DNA from: a bacterium
Lineage (GTDB): Bacteria; Patescibacteriota; Minisyncoccia; JBBINA01
Reading direction: 5' to 3'
NCBI GenBank assembly: GCA_037444125.1
Contig: JBBINA010000003.1
Location: 3,167-67,166 of the forward strand
Length of the DNA: 64,000 nt
The translations under genes were made by a program, and so were the position numbers. Positions within the stretch are counted from its first letter, which is position 1; every line of letters starts with the position of its first letter. The notes under the pieces are model-generated. The model saw nothing but the letters and a program-made list of their open reading frames with translations, ran no database searches and was not told the origin of the DNA. Positions 46,555 to 56,563 of the stretch are shown here, piece after piece.

Positions 46555-47224
46555 CTGTTTTTCTGTCTTTAGACACAGAATCGCTACCCTGCACAGTCTC
46601 TTTTGAAGCAAATTCTCCTTGACCCGAAACGGATGCCACATTTTCTGCAGAAATTTCTTCAGCGGCCCGACGCATAAAAGCAAAAACTATAACTTCATCT
46701 AAACCTTCTTTAATTTCTAAATCCTTTAAAACAGGCACATCTTTAACTTTAATTTGGTCACCTATTTTCTTCAAAGCTGAAATATCAATAGTTATTTCTT
46801 TGGGCAATTTGTCCGCTAAACCACTAACAGTCAGTTCCTTATGATTTTTAATCAAAATTCCACCTTGAGATTCGGCTTCGCTTTTACCCACAAACACCAA
46901 AGGAACTTTAACAGTTATCTTGTGAGACGGTATTTGATATAAGTCTATATGAAGCACATGGTCTGTAACTGGATGTACCTGAACATCTTTAAATAACACT
47001 CGATATTTTTGAGTTTCCTGATTTTCGCCAGACAGTTCAAAATCAATCACCATAGTCTTGCCCGACTCTCCATAGATTTTTTTAAGGTCTTTAGCTTTAA
47101 CAGAAAAAGGCAATGGAGACAATTTTTCTCCGTATAAAATCCCAGGCACAAAACCCGCTTGTCTCAATTTTGCAATTTTTTTTCCAAAAACTGAACGTCT
47201 TTCACCTTTTAAAGTTATAGTCAT
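46544..47224 (-). CDS. rplY: 50S ribosomal protein L25/Ctc
   Basis: LRQAGFVPGILYG, KDVQVHPVTD..LHIDLY, VKVPLVFVG, LP.EI.IDIS.L..GD. Confidence 0.93.
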   Translation of the reverse strand: MTITLKGERRSVFGKKIAKLRQAGFVPGILYGEKLSPLPFSVKAKDLKKIYGESGKTMVIDFELSGENQETQKYRVLFKDVQVHPVTDHVLHIDLYQIPSHKITVKVPLVFVGKSEAESQGGILIKNHKELTVSGLADKLPKEITIDISALKKIGDQIKVKDVPVLKDLEIKEGLDEVIVFAFMRRAAEEISAENVASVSGQGEFASKETVQGSDSVSKDRKTDEK

Positions 47225-47556
47225 ACCGGATGATTATTTTTAAAAAATCGGTGTACTTTTAAAATTTCACTGGAACTTAAATTAGATTTTTCCCTAAAAT
47301 AAATCGTATCTTCCTTTGTCAAATCAGTCATACAAACAACAACTGAATACTTTTCCTTAACTTGACTTTTCTTTAACCTTAATAAAACCGATCCTGCACA
47401 TTCTACGCAGTCAATATGGATTAAAAGGCACTTCCCATTATCATAAACAATTAGAGCATTCCTTTTATTAAAACTAGTCTGACAAACTGGACAATTAATC
47501 AACAATTCTGCATCTTCCAATTTATTATTTTTAAACTCTAATAAAGATCCTTTCAA
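47221..47556 (-). CDS. Hypothetical zinc-ribbon protein
   Basis: CPVC..H.DCVEC, TDLTKED; GTGA/ATGA-type coupling to rplY. Confidence 0.6.
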   Translation of the reverse strand: MKGSLLEFKNNKLEDAELLINCPVCQTSFNKRNALIVYDNGKCLLIHIDCVECAGSVLLRLKKSQVKEKYSVVVCMTDLTKEDTIYFREKSNLSSSEILKVHRFFKNNHPV

Positions 47557-47584
47557 AAAAATAAAAAACAGTTATAGCTTAACT

Positions 47585-48847
47585 CTATTCTATTATTATA
47601 TAACCTTTTTCGAAATTTTCAAGCACTAATTTCTCCAAATTTTCCGCTCCCAAATACTCTTTAAAAAGGTTATTCCATAAAGCTTCTTGATGATGATAGA
47701 GATATTTTATCATCTCTTCTTCTTTAACAAGCGCCATTATATTATCAATAAGGTCAAAACTTACCAATATCTCACCCTCACGTTCTGACCTAAAATAATC
47801 ACCAACAAAACTTAGTCCTTCAAATAAATCCAATTCCAAACCAGATACATCTCTTGATAACCTACTTAAGGCCGCCTCGGCTTTTTCCCAATGAAACGCC
47901 TCAGGATTAACATGAGGAAAAACAAGTCTTGGATCCTCCTTGTTTTCCTTAGCTAAATATCGTTGAATTATCAAGCAGGTCGGCTTATTTTGAGCCCTAA
48001 GTTTTTCTAAAGATTCTAAGCTAACAATATCTCCTCGCAAAGCTGATTGAAATTTTTCATTAAAACCTTCTGACTTTGTATAGTGCTGAAAAAGGGCTGA
48101 ATAAAACTTTATCTCAAAAATATAATGAAGCAAAAGCGAAAAAACTCTTAACCAAAAACCGCTACCTTCGGGATTAATAGGCAATATGAACACTACTCCC
48201 AGCTCTTTAAGGTGGCTCAGGTTGTGATACTTTTTCTCAACAAAATCTTTAAAAAGCTCGCGCCATTTTGTCTGCACTAATATAATTTCTATCTCCCTCG
48301 GTTCAAAATCTAACGGACTGATATTATTGTAGTTAAGAATAAATTCTGTGTTCATCCAATTTCTATCCTCAACCACTCTTAACAACGCGTATATTTCGTA
48401 AATATCTTCTCTTTCTAATAGCTCTTTTGTCGAAGAATAACCAAGAAGTCTCAAAAGATTTGGCGGTGGCGTTTCTAAAATCATTTTTCGGGCAACATCT
48501 TTTTTTAAGAAATAACCAGTACGCCCAGCAACAAGGTCTTCCGCTCCATTGATAAATTTTTGCAATGTCGGCGGTTTAGCAAAATCTGGCTTGCCAAAAT
48601 ATTTAAAAAGAATCTGCTCAGACTTCGCAAGCAAATGCTCCACCCGACGGCTAACTAATTCAGCAGAGGCAGTTATATCAAGCCCTAATTTTTTAAGAAA
48701 CGCTATCATCCGTTCTTCATTGATTTTAATAACGCTTTCTATGATATCTTCCTTAATGCTGTATGGCCGAATGCGTTCATCTAATCGAAACAAATCATCA
48801 GGTTGAATTCGTAATATTTTAGCTAAACGTCTATATGGATTTACCAT
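47585..48847 (-). CDS. Conserved hypothetical cytoplasmic protein
   Basis: 420-aa ORF in the operon; motif-like KYHNLSHLKELG, HVNPEAFHW, KYLYHHQEALWN; no family recognised. Confidence 0.7.
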   Translation of the reverse strand: MVNPYRRLAKILRIQPDDLFRLDERIRPYSIKEDIIESVIKINEERMIAFLKKLGLDITASAELVSRRVEHLLAKSEQILFKYFGKPDFAKPPTLQKFINGAEDLVAGRTGYFLKKDVARKMILETPPPNLLRLLGYSSTKELLEREDIYEIYALLRVVEDRNWMNTEFILNYNNISPLDFEPREIEIILVQTKWRELFKDFVEKKYHNLSHLKELGVVFILPINPEGSGFWLRVFSLLLHYIFEIKFYSALFQHYTKSEGFNEKFQSALRGDIVSLESLEKLRAQNKPTCLIIQRYLAKENKEDPRLVFPHVNPEAFHWEKAEAALSRLSRDVSGLELDLFEGLSFVGDYFRSEREGEILVSFDLIDNIMALVKEEEMIKYLYHHQEALWNNLFKEYLGAENLEKLVLENFEKGYIIIE

Positions 48848-48883
48848 TTAAAAGATTAACTATAAAAATTTGAATTTTTAATT

Positions 48884-49921
48884 TTAAATGAAATCTTTTT
48901 TTATTTTAAGATGGTTTATGTGCCAACGCGAATCTTCCAAATCTCGACCATTTAATAAGTAATTTTTGGCTCCTACATTTTCCACAACTGAGGTGGCGTT
49001 GGCATTAGCTATTCTCAAACATTCCTGCAAAAGTAAATCTTCATTATGCGAATCAAAAAGCTTACTTTCTAAGATACCAGTTTTTATCACACCATAAACA
49101 AATCCAGAACCAAAAGCGTCGCCGGCTCCAGTTCTATCTACAATTTGATGTTCGGGAAAAGTTGTTGAGTAAAGATAATACCTCCCATTGGATACATACG
49201 AGCCGTTTTTGCCGTCAGTTATAACCACATAATATTTATAAAGACCCCTTAATTTTTTCAAGATAGTTTTTATATCTTCTCTATGAGTTCGTGTTAAAAT
49301 AGAAGCCTCGTCCAGATTTAACAAAAGAATATCCGCATCTTTTATAACTGATTTAAGCTTCTCAAAATCTTGTTGTAATTCTTTAGCTCCGGGATTTAAA
49401 ATAGTTTTTGTTCGATTCTTTTTGGCTTGCTCAAAAATAAATTGAAACAAACTTATCTTCCCATTCAACGATCCAATATAAAACCATTTCGATATAAGAT
49501 TTACCAAAATACTCTCATCAAAACTAATCAATGCGGAAGCATTTTTATAAACTAATATAGTCCGCTCACCAGATCCAACATGTAAAATTGAAGAATAATC
49601 AGTAATAGCGTTTGAACGAACTTGCATAAAATCTGTAACCACCCCTTCTTTGTTTAACTCTTCAATTATTGCTCGGCCATTAAAGTCGTTACCAACCGAA
49701 GCCAAACAAGCTGTTTTTAAACCTTTGCGGGCAAAAGAAACTGCCGTGTTGGTAGCCGAACCTCCGCTGGTAAAAATTACTTCATCAACTTCAATTTTTT
49801 CGCCTAAAACAAAACAGCCAACGGGTTTAGTCAACAAATGCCGTTCTTTTAAAATATGGAATGCCTTTGATTTTAGAAAAACATCGCGCGTGGCTGAACC
49901 AATTGTCACGACATCAAACAT
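48884..49921 (-). CDS. PfkB family carbohydrate kinase
   Basis: GGSATNTAV, VGND..G, LNPG, N.DEA, VDRTGAGDAFGSGF. Confidence 0.92.
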   Translation of the reverse strand: MFDVVTIGSATRDVFLKSKAFHILKERHLLTKPVGCFVLGEKIEVDEVIFTSGGSATNTAVSFARKGLKTACLASVGNDFNGRAIIEELNKEGVVTDFMQVRSNAITDYSSILHVGSGERTILVYKNASALISFDESILVNLISKWFYIGSLNGKISLFQFIFEQAKKNRTKTILNPGAKELQQDFEKLKSVIKDADILLLNLDEASILTRTHREDIKTILKKLRGLYKYYVVITDGKNGSYVSNGRYYLYSTTFPEHQIVDRTGAGDAFGSGFVYGVIKTGILESKLFDSHNEDLLLQECLRIANANATSVVENVGAKNYLLNGRDLEDSRWHINHLKIKKDFI

Positions 49922-49969
49922 TTTTTATATTATCATACCTCATTAGTAAAAATATACAAGTCGCATCTA

Positions 49970-49996
49970 GATAAAATCCTAAAAGGATTTTTTATC
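49970..49996 (-). terminator. Possible terminator after transketolase
   Basis: GATAAAATCCT-AAA-AGGATTTTTTATC inverted repeat (weak, AT-rich). Confidence 0.35.
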
Positions 49997-50116
49997 AAAC
50001 AATTATGCATTCAATTGCCATTTCTAATGTCGCATAATTTCATCAGACTTATTTTACTTCACAAAGAATAAAATATTTTTTGATGTCGCTAAATTGATGT
50101 AACAAAATAAAAAAGT

Positions 50117-51106
50117 TTATTTTCTTTTTATCACGCGTTTAACCGCTTCTTTAATAGACGAGGTGCCAATTTCATAAAACTCAATAAGCTCTTCAGGACT
50201 GCCCGATTGTCCAAATTTATCATTTATTCCCACAAACTCAATCGGAACTGGTGAATTTTTAACACATAATTCGGCAATAGCACCACCCAAACCTCCATTA
50301 ATTTGATGCTCTTCAACAGTTACGACTGCCCGCGTGCTTCTTATAGCTTCCAGTAAAACTACCTCATCAAGGGGTTTAACCGTAGGCAAATTAATCACTT
50401 TAACCTTAACATTCTCCTCATCAAGTTGTTTAGCCGCCAGCAAAGCATTATAAACTAAAGAACCAGTAGCAATAATTGCCGCGTCGTTACCAGAATCCCA
50501 ATAAATATATGCCTTACCTATTTCAAAAGGTGATTCTTCAGAAGTTATTACTGGCGTCGCTTCGCGAGCCAAACGTATATAAGTTGGCTTGCCATTAAAA
50601 GCCGCCGCCACCGTGGCTTTTCGCGCCTCAAGCCAATCACACGGAGATAATACTATCATATTAGGTAAAACCCTCATAATAGCAATATCTTCTAAGGCTT
50701 GATGTGTTCCTCCATCTGGCCCTACAGACACTCCTGCATGTGCACCACCAAGTTTAACTGGCACATCATTATAACAAACAGTGGTCCGGATTTGTTCCCA
50801 ATTTCTCCCTGGGCTAAAAACAGCATATGACGAAATAAAAGGAATTTTGCCGTAATTAGCCAATCCAGCTGCTACTGTTACTAAATTCTGCTCGGCCACG
50901 CCAACTTCAATAAACCTATCGGGAAATTTCTCTTTAAACCATAAAGACTTCGTGCTCTCAGTCAAATCAGCGCAAAGGACCACTACATTTTTATTCTGTT
51001 CGCCGGCAATTACCAAACCCTTGCCATAACCATCGCGTATCGGAATTTTTTTAATAGCCGATAAATTAAATAAATCTGGATTCAGTTTTAAATTTTGATT
51101 CAACAT
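50117..51106 (-). CDS. Transketolase, C-terminal subunit
   Basis: ADL..ST, GVAEQN, GPDGGTHQ, TVEEH...GGLG. Confidence 0.93.
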   Translation of the reverse strand: MLNQNLKLNPDLFNLSAIKKIPIRDGYGKGLVIAGEQNKNVVVLCADLTESTKSLWFKEKFPDRFIEVGVAEQNLVTVAAGLANYGKIPFISSYAVFSPGRNWEQIRTTVCYNDVPVKLGGAHAGVSVGPDGGTHQALEDIAIMRVLPNMIVLSPCDWLEARKATVAAAFNGKPTYIRLAREATPVITSEESPFEIGKAYIYWDSGNDAAIIATGSLVYNALLAAKQLDEENVKVKVINLPTVKPLDEVVLLEAIRSTRAVVTVEEHQINGGLGGAIAELCVKNSPVPIEFVGINDKFGQSGSPEELIEFYEIGTSSIKEAVKRVIKRK

Positions 51107-51129
51107 CTTTAATGTCTAATATTTAAAGC

Positions 51130-51987
51130 TTATTGATGTTCGCTCTGAATTTTTCCACCTAGGGTTCTTAATTGATCCAGAGCTCTTTTTGCCTCTTCTT
51201 GATTAGGCGGTTTTCCATGCCACTCATACTGAAATTCCATAAAATCGATGTCCTTACCAGGAATTGTATGAGCAATAATGGCAGTTGGCTTTTCAAATAC
51301 AGCTTTAGCATGCTCGCAGGCATCAATTATTTCCCGAAAATTATGACCATCAATATGAAGTGTATGCCAATTAAAAGAACGGTATTTTTTATCAAGCGGT
51401 TCAAGTGGCATTACTTCTTCTGTGTAACCATCTATTTGAATATTGTTTCTATCTATAATAACGGTCAAATTATTCAACCTGTATTTTGAAGCAAACATTA
51501 CTGCTTCCCAAGTATTACCTGAATCATGCTCGCCATCAGACATTAGGCAATAAATGCGAAATTTTTTCTTGTCCATTTTAGCCCCAACAGCAATTCCACA
51601 AGCTTGCGACAAGCCAGAACCCAACGGCCCAGAAGTCGTTTCTAATCCAGGTAAAGAAGTCCGATGAGGATGACCCTGCAAGCGACTGTTCAGTTTTCTT
51701 AGAGTCAAAAGCTCTTCTATAGGAAAATAGCCTGCATGAGCCATAGCGGCATATCTTGCTGGACAAATATGGCCATTGGATAAAATAAGTCTATCTCTTT
51801 CCGGCCATTCTGGATTTTTAGGATCGTGGTTCAAGATATGAAAATATAAGGCGGTAAAAACATCAACCATACCTAAGGAACCAGCAGAATGCCCGGAACC
51901 AGCCCTAAGCAACATTTGAATTATATCTTGCCTAATAGTATTTGCTGTTATTTTAAGTTGTTCTTCGTTGTAATTAAAAGGATTCAT
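51130..51987 (-). CDS. Transketolase, N-terminal (TPP-binding) subunit
   Basis: GSGHSAGSL, DRLILSNGH, LQGHP, SDGE..SG..WEA..DRN, WHGK. Confidence 0.93.
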   Translation of the reverse strand: MNPFNYNEEQLKITANTIRQDIIQMLLRAGSGHSAGSLGMVDVFTALYFHILNHDPKNPEWPERDRLILSNGHICPARYAAMAHAGYFPIEELLTLRKLNSRLQGHPHRTSLPGLETTSGPLGSGLSQACGIAVGAKMDKKKFRIYCLMSDGEHDSGNTWEAVMFASKYRLNNLTVIIDRNNIQIDGYTEEVMPLEPLDKKYRSFNWHTLHIDGHNFREIIDACEHAKAVFEKPTAIIAHTIPGKDIDFMEFQYEWHGKPPNQEEAKRALDQLRTLGGKIQSEHQ

Positions 51988-52014
51988 ACATATTTTATTT
52001 TAGCAAAAAATTAA

Positions 52015-52689
52015 TCAACCATTAACTAATTCCTGCAATCTCATAAAATTTTCTCTGGCTTCACCTTGCCAAATAAAACTTCCCACACTAAAAATTGTAG
52101 CACCAGCTTCTTTTAATTTTAAAATGTTTTGTTCATTAATGCCACCGTCAACTTCAATAACCAAATTAGGATGTTTAGCCTTCAAGTAAGTAATCTTATC
52201 ATAAATACCCAATTCAAAAGCCTTACCTTGAAAACCTGGCTCCTTAATTGCCAAAAGCAACACTGAATCAATTTTATCTACAAAAGAGTCAATGAAACGA
52301 ACGCTTGTTTCATATAACAAACCAATGCCTATCTTCAGTTTTTCTTTTTTTAAAAGATTAATAAAATTATTTACAGCTGAAGTCCTGGCAGTTTTTTTAA
52401 GATCCCAGAAGCTTTCCAAGTGAAAAATAATTTTTTTTGTCCCTCCATTGAGCCATCTTTTATAAGCTTGATGTGGATTTTTCACCATTAAGTGAACTTC
52501 AAGATTCAAATTTTGACTAAATTCAATTAATTTTTCGCCATTTAAAAAACTGCTACTTTTGGTCAATGTACGATCAGCTACATCTATTTGAAAATCTTTG
52601 GTTTCGCTGTTTAATAGATTAATTTTTTGCCTGATAGAAAAAAAATCCTTTTCCAAAATAGCCGGAATAATTTTACATTCTTTTATCAC
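52015..52689 (-). CDS. rpe: Ribulose-phosphate 3-epimerase
   Basis: IIPAIL, QIDVAD, EVHLMV, PGFQG..F, IEVDGGIN, VGSFI. Confidence 0.88.
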   Translation of the reverse strand: MIKECKIIPAILEKDFFSIRQKINLLNSETKDFQIDVADRTLTKSSSFLNGEKLIEFSQNLNLEVHLMVKNPHQAYKRWLNGGTKKIIFHLESFWDLKKTARTSAVNNFINLLKKEKLKIGIGLLYETSVRFIDSFVDKIDSVLLLAIKEPGFQGKAFELGIYDKITYLKAKHPNLVIEVDGGINEQNILKLKEAGATIFSVGSFIWQGEARENFMRLQELVNG

Positions 52690-52754
52690 TCTTTTCTTTA
52701 TGTTAATTTTTAACAGCTTCTATTTTCTTTTATTCAAATATTATAAAAAAATAA

Positions 52755-53795
52755 TTAGCTCAATTTTAACACATGCTCCAATAAAGTCGCGCAATAGCCC
52801 CATTCATTATCATACCAAGAAAAAACTTTCACCATATCGCCGTCTAAAACTTTAGTAAGAGTGAGGTCAATAATAGCTCCGTATGGTTCGCCAATAATAT
52901 CGGAAGAAACTAAAGGCGTATCGCTTACTTTAATAATTTTGCGCCACCTCTCATCTTCATTTGCTTTTTTAAAAATATTATTAACCTCTTCAACTGTTGT
53001 CTTTCTTTTAGCCAAAAAAGTAAAATCAACCAAAGATCCAGTAATCACTGGCACACGAATAGCTAAAGCCTCAAATCTATTCTCAATATAAGGAAGCGAT
53101 CTTATAACTGCGTCAGCGGCTCCAGTATGGCTGGGTATAATATTAAAAGCAGCGGCTCTCCCCCTTAAAAAATCACCCTTTTTTCCAGGCCCATCAACTA
53201 AACTTTGAGTCGCTGTATAAGCATGTATAGTAGTCATCATACCTTTAATAATACCTAAAGACTCTTCCAAAATAGAAACCAAAGGCACAACCGCATTAGT
53301 TGTACATGAGGCATTAGCGGTAATGCGTTGCTCGCGGACTTTAACTTCAAAAAACTTTTCATTATTTGCCCCCACTAAAACATGAGGAACATCACTAGTA
53401 GATGGAGCAGTAATAACCACTCTTTTGGCGCCGGCTTCAAGATGCTTTTCAGCAGACTCGCGGTCATTAAAGACGCCAGTTGACTCAAGTACAACATCGA
53501 TGGATAGTTCGCCCCAAGGCAATCTATCTGGTTCTCTCTCGGCAAAAAGCAATATTTCCTTACCTTCAATAACCATTTTACCTATTGATTCCGTATTGGC
53601 CAATTTCGTTCTCTCATTCTTAATTTCAATGTCTTGCTTATATCTCCCGTAAACAGTATCGTACTTAAGCAAATAAGCCAAATTGTCAGGCTCGCCTAAA
53701 TCATTAATCGCCACTATAGAAATATCTTTTCTATCAAATGCCTGTTTAAAAAAACAGCGTCCAATTCGGCCAAAACCATTTATGGCTACGCGCAT
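52755..53795 (-). CDS. gap: Type I glyceraldehyde-3-phosphate dehydrogenase
   Basis: VAINGFGRIGR, NASCTTN, TTIHAYTATQ, RVPV, WYDNEWGY. Confidence 0.96.
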   Translation of the reverse strand: MRVAINGFGRIGRCFFKQAFDRKDISIVAINDLGEPDNLAYLLKYDTVYGRYKQDIEIKNERTKLANTESIGKMVIEGKEILLFAEREPDRLPWGELSIDVVLESTGVFNDRESAEKHLEAGAKRVVITAPSTSDVPHVLVGANNEKFFEVKVREQRITANASCTTNAVVPLVSILEESLGIIKGMMTTIHAYTATQSLVDGPGKKGDFLRGRAAAFNIIPSHTGAADAVIRSLPYIENRFEALAIRVPVITGSLVDFTFLAKRKTTVEEVNNIFKKANEDERWRKIIKVSDTPLVSSDIIGEPYGAIIDLTLTKVLDGDMVKVFSWYDNEWGYCATLLEHVLKLS

Positions 53796-53907
53796 AAAAA
53801 TAATTAAAATTAAATAAAATTAAAAACTGATTATTTAATTATTAATTATATTTAAGACCAACAAAATGTAAACCCACATATTTTCTCTTTTTAGATACAA
53901 AAGAATA

Positions 53908-53938
53908 TAAAAAATGGCTCGGAAAATTCCGAGCCATA
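53908..53938 (-). terminator. Intrinsic terminator after ppsA
   Basis: ATGGCTCGGAA-AA-TTCCGAGCCAT hairpin with a U-tract on the minus strand. Confidence 0.8.
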
Positions 53939-53946
53939 CAAACTTT

Positions 53947-56334
53947 TTAGCTATTATGTTGTGCTTCTTTCTTAGCAATAATTTGCCTTGTCTTTAAAAC
54001 TGTATCCGGGTTAAGAGAGATACTATCAATACCGCATTCAACTAGAAACTCGGCAAAATCTGGAAAATCTGACGGTGCCTGACCGCAGATTCCAATTTTC
54101 TTACCTTTTTTATGAACCTTTTCTACCACCTCGCGTAACAAAGCCTTAACGGCTGCATTGCGCTCATCGTAAATATGGGCAACCAATTCTGAATCGCGAT
54201 CCAATCCTAATGTTAACTGCGTTAAGTCATTGCTTCCGATAGAAAAGCCATCAAAAATCTCGGCAAACTCTTCGGCTAAAATAACATTACTTGGAATCTC
54301 GCACATCACATAAACTTCAAGGTCATTCTCGCCCTGACGCAGTCCAAACTCAACCATTGTCTTGATGACTTTACGACCTTCCTCAGGCGTCCTACAGAAA
54401 GGAATCATCACTTTAATGTTTGTCAAACCAAATTCATCGCGTGCCTTTTTAATTGCAAAACACTCTAAAGCAAAGGCGGGTTTAAATTTAGGATCATAAT
54501 AACGCGAGGCTCCTCGCCAGCCAATCATAGGATTTGATTCATTAGGTTCGTACAAAAATCCACCGATTAAACTACCGTACTCGTTAGTCTTAAAATCTGA
54601 TAACCTAACAATAACATCGTTAGGCCAAAAGGCGGCAGCAATTCTGCTGATGCCTCGTGCCAGTGTGTTGATAAAAAAATGTGTCTTGTCAGTATATCCT
54701 TTCGCACGTTGTTCAATCTTAATCACCGTATCGGCAATTCTAGGATCATCACTTGAAATAGCCTTCTCCTTTAACTCCTGGAAATTAACTAAAGCTAACG
54801 GGTGGATACCAATAGCGCTCGAAATAATAAACTCTATCCGCGCTAAACCCACACCGTCATTAGGTATTCGGCAATGCTGAAAAGCCTTTTCTGGCGTACC
54901 TACATTCATCATAATTTTGGTATGAGTTTGATCTTTCTTTACTGGAATCTTCTGACAATTATATTTTAACAAACCTTTAAAAACTCTACCTGTTCCGCTT
55001 GAACAATCAACCGTAATCTCATCGCCCGTATTAATAACTTGAGTAGCGTTTCCTGTACCAATAATACAGGGTATTCCCAGCTCGCGGCAGATAATAGCCG
55101 CATGGCAGGTACGACCCCCCCGTTCGGTCACCACTGCCGAAGCAATCTTCATTTGAGGCTCCATATCAGGATCAGTCATGGTAGTTACCAAAACTTCCCC
55201 TTTTTGGAAATGAATAATATCTTTTTTATCAAGCACTACTCGCGCTTTGCCGCTGCCAATCTTTGCACCGACTGGCTCGCCGGTTAAAATAATCTCGCCT
55301 TCCTGCTTTAACTCATAAATTTCATTTTCGCTGGCTTCTTTTTTTGCATGAATTGTTTCAGGTCTTGCCTGGACTATATAAATACCATTTTCGTCTTTAA
55401 CCCACTCAACATCCACATACCGACCATAGGTCTCCTCAATTATTATACACTGGCGAGCTAATTCCAAAGCCTCTTCATCTGAAATTGAAAACTGCTCGCG
55501 ATCAAAAACTGGAACTTGCTCGCGCACTAAACCACCATCATAAATCAGCTTTTCCTGTTTTAAACCACATTTTTTATCAATAACTGGCCTCTTGCCCTGT
55601 AGCAAGGTTGGCTTAAATACATAGAACTGGTCTGGGTTAACTTTTCCGCCAACCAAAAGCTCACCGAAACCATAAATTGAATTAATGTAAACAACCTTAT
55701 CAAAACCAGTTTCCGTATCAAGCGAAAACATTACACCAGAAGCTCCTCCTTTATCCGCTCTAACCATTCGCTGTACAATAATGCCTAATAGCACAGATTC
55801 TTCTGGTATTTTTCGGCCAACCCGATAAGAAATAGCCCGAGCATTAAAAAGCCCAGCTAGACACCCCCTGATACGTCCTATTAGCTCATCTTCTTCACGT
55901 ACACACAAAAAAGTATCAAATTGGCCAGCGAAAGACGCCACTTCCAGATCCTCTGTCGTAGCTGAGGAACGAACTGCCGCCATAAAATCATCTCTAAATC
56001 TTGCTTTCAGTTCGCGAAAAGATTTAATAACTAAACACCTAAGTTCATCAGGAAATTTAGCTTGAAAAAACAATGCCCTAATCTCTTCTGCTTTCTGCTC
56101 CATATCAAAAATTTTAGTAATATCAATGGTCTTAAAAATATCGTAAACTTGCTTCTTTATGCCTGTTAAATCAAGAAAGGCCCTATAAAATTCTGTAGTC
56201 AAAACAAATCCCTCAGGCACTTTAATATTATAGCTTGACAGAGATTGTAGCTTACCAAGCGAAAACGCCTTGCCGCCGACAAGATCATAATACTTGTCGG
56301 ATATTTGCTCAAAGAACAAAATAAGAGGATTCAT
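53947..56334 (-). CDS. ppsA: Phosphoenolpyruvate synthase
   Basis: VGGK..SLG, AVRSSATTED, SFAGQ, QARPET, GGRTCHAAI (phospho-His), NPMIGWRGA, FSIGSNDLTQL. Confidence 0.96.
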   Translation of the reverse strand: MNPLILFFEQISDKYYDLVGGKAFSLGKLQSLSSYNIKVPEGFVLTTEFYRAFLDLTGIKKQVYDIFKTIDITKIFDMEQKAEEIRALFFQAKFPDELRCLVIKSFRELKARFRDDFMAAVRSSATTEDLEVASFAGQFDTFLCVREEDELIGRIRGCLAGLFNARAISYRVGRKIPEESVLLGIIVQRMVRADKGGASGVMFSLDTETGFDKVVYINSIYGFGELLVGGKVNPDQFYVFKPTLLQGKRPVIDKKCGLKQEKLIYDGGLVREQVPVFDREQFSISDEEALELARQCIIIEETYGRYVDVEWVKDENGIYIVQARPETIHAKKEASENEIYELKQEGEIILTGEPVGAKIGSGKARVVLDKKDIIHFQKGEVLVTTMTDPDMEPQMKIASAVVTERGGRTCHAAIICRELGIPCIIGTGNATQVINTGDEITVDCSSGTGRVFKGLLKYNCQKIPVKKDQTHTKIMMNVGTPEKAFQHCRIPNDGVGLARIEFIISSAIGIHPLALVNFQELKEKAISSDDPRIADTVIKIEQRAKGYTDKTHFFINTLARGISRIAAAFWPNDVIVRLSDFKTNEYGSLIGGFLYEPNESNPMIGWRGASRYYDPKFKPAFALECFAIKKARDEFGLTNIKVMIPFCRTPEEGRKVIKTMVEFGLRQGENDLEVYVMCEIPSNVILAEEFAEIFDGFSIGSNDLTQLTLGLDRDSELVAHIYDERNAAVKALLREVVEKVHKKGKKIGICGQAPSDFPDFAEFLVECGIDSISLNPDTVLKTRQIIAKKEAQHNS

Positions 56335-56563
56335 TTTTCATACTCCTCCTTTTGAGATGTTTAGGGTACTGCTTTATGATTATAATAATCCTAAATTTGC
56401 AGTCAAGTAATTAATTAAGTCATTAAAAATAAGCTAGTCAATTTATTGCTTATATTAAAACATATTTATATCTGTCAGATTTAAGCTGACATTACATCAT
56501 TCTCCTTTATTATTCTCTTGATATTAAAGTGGTTCGCAATCTTAGAAACAAATGATATTAATT

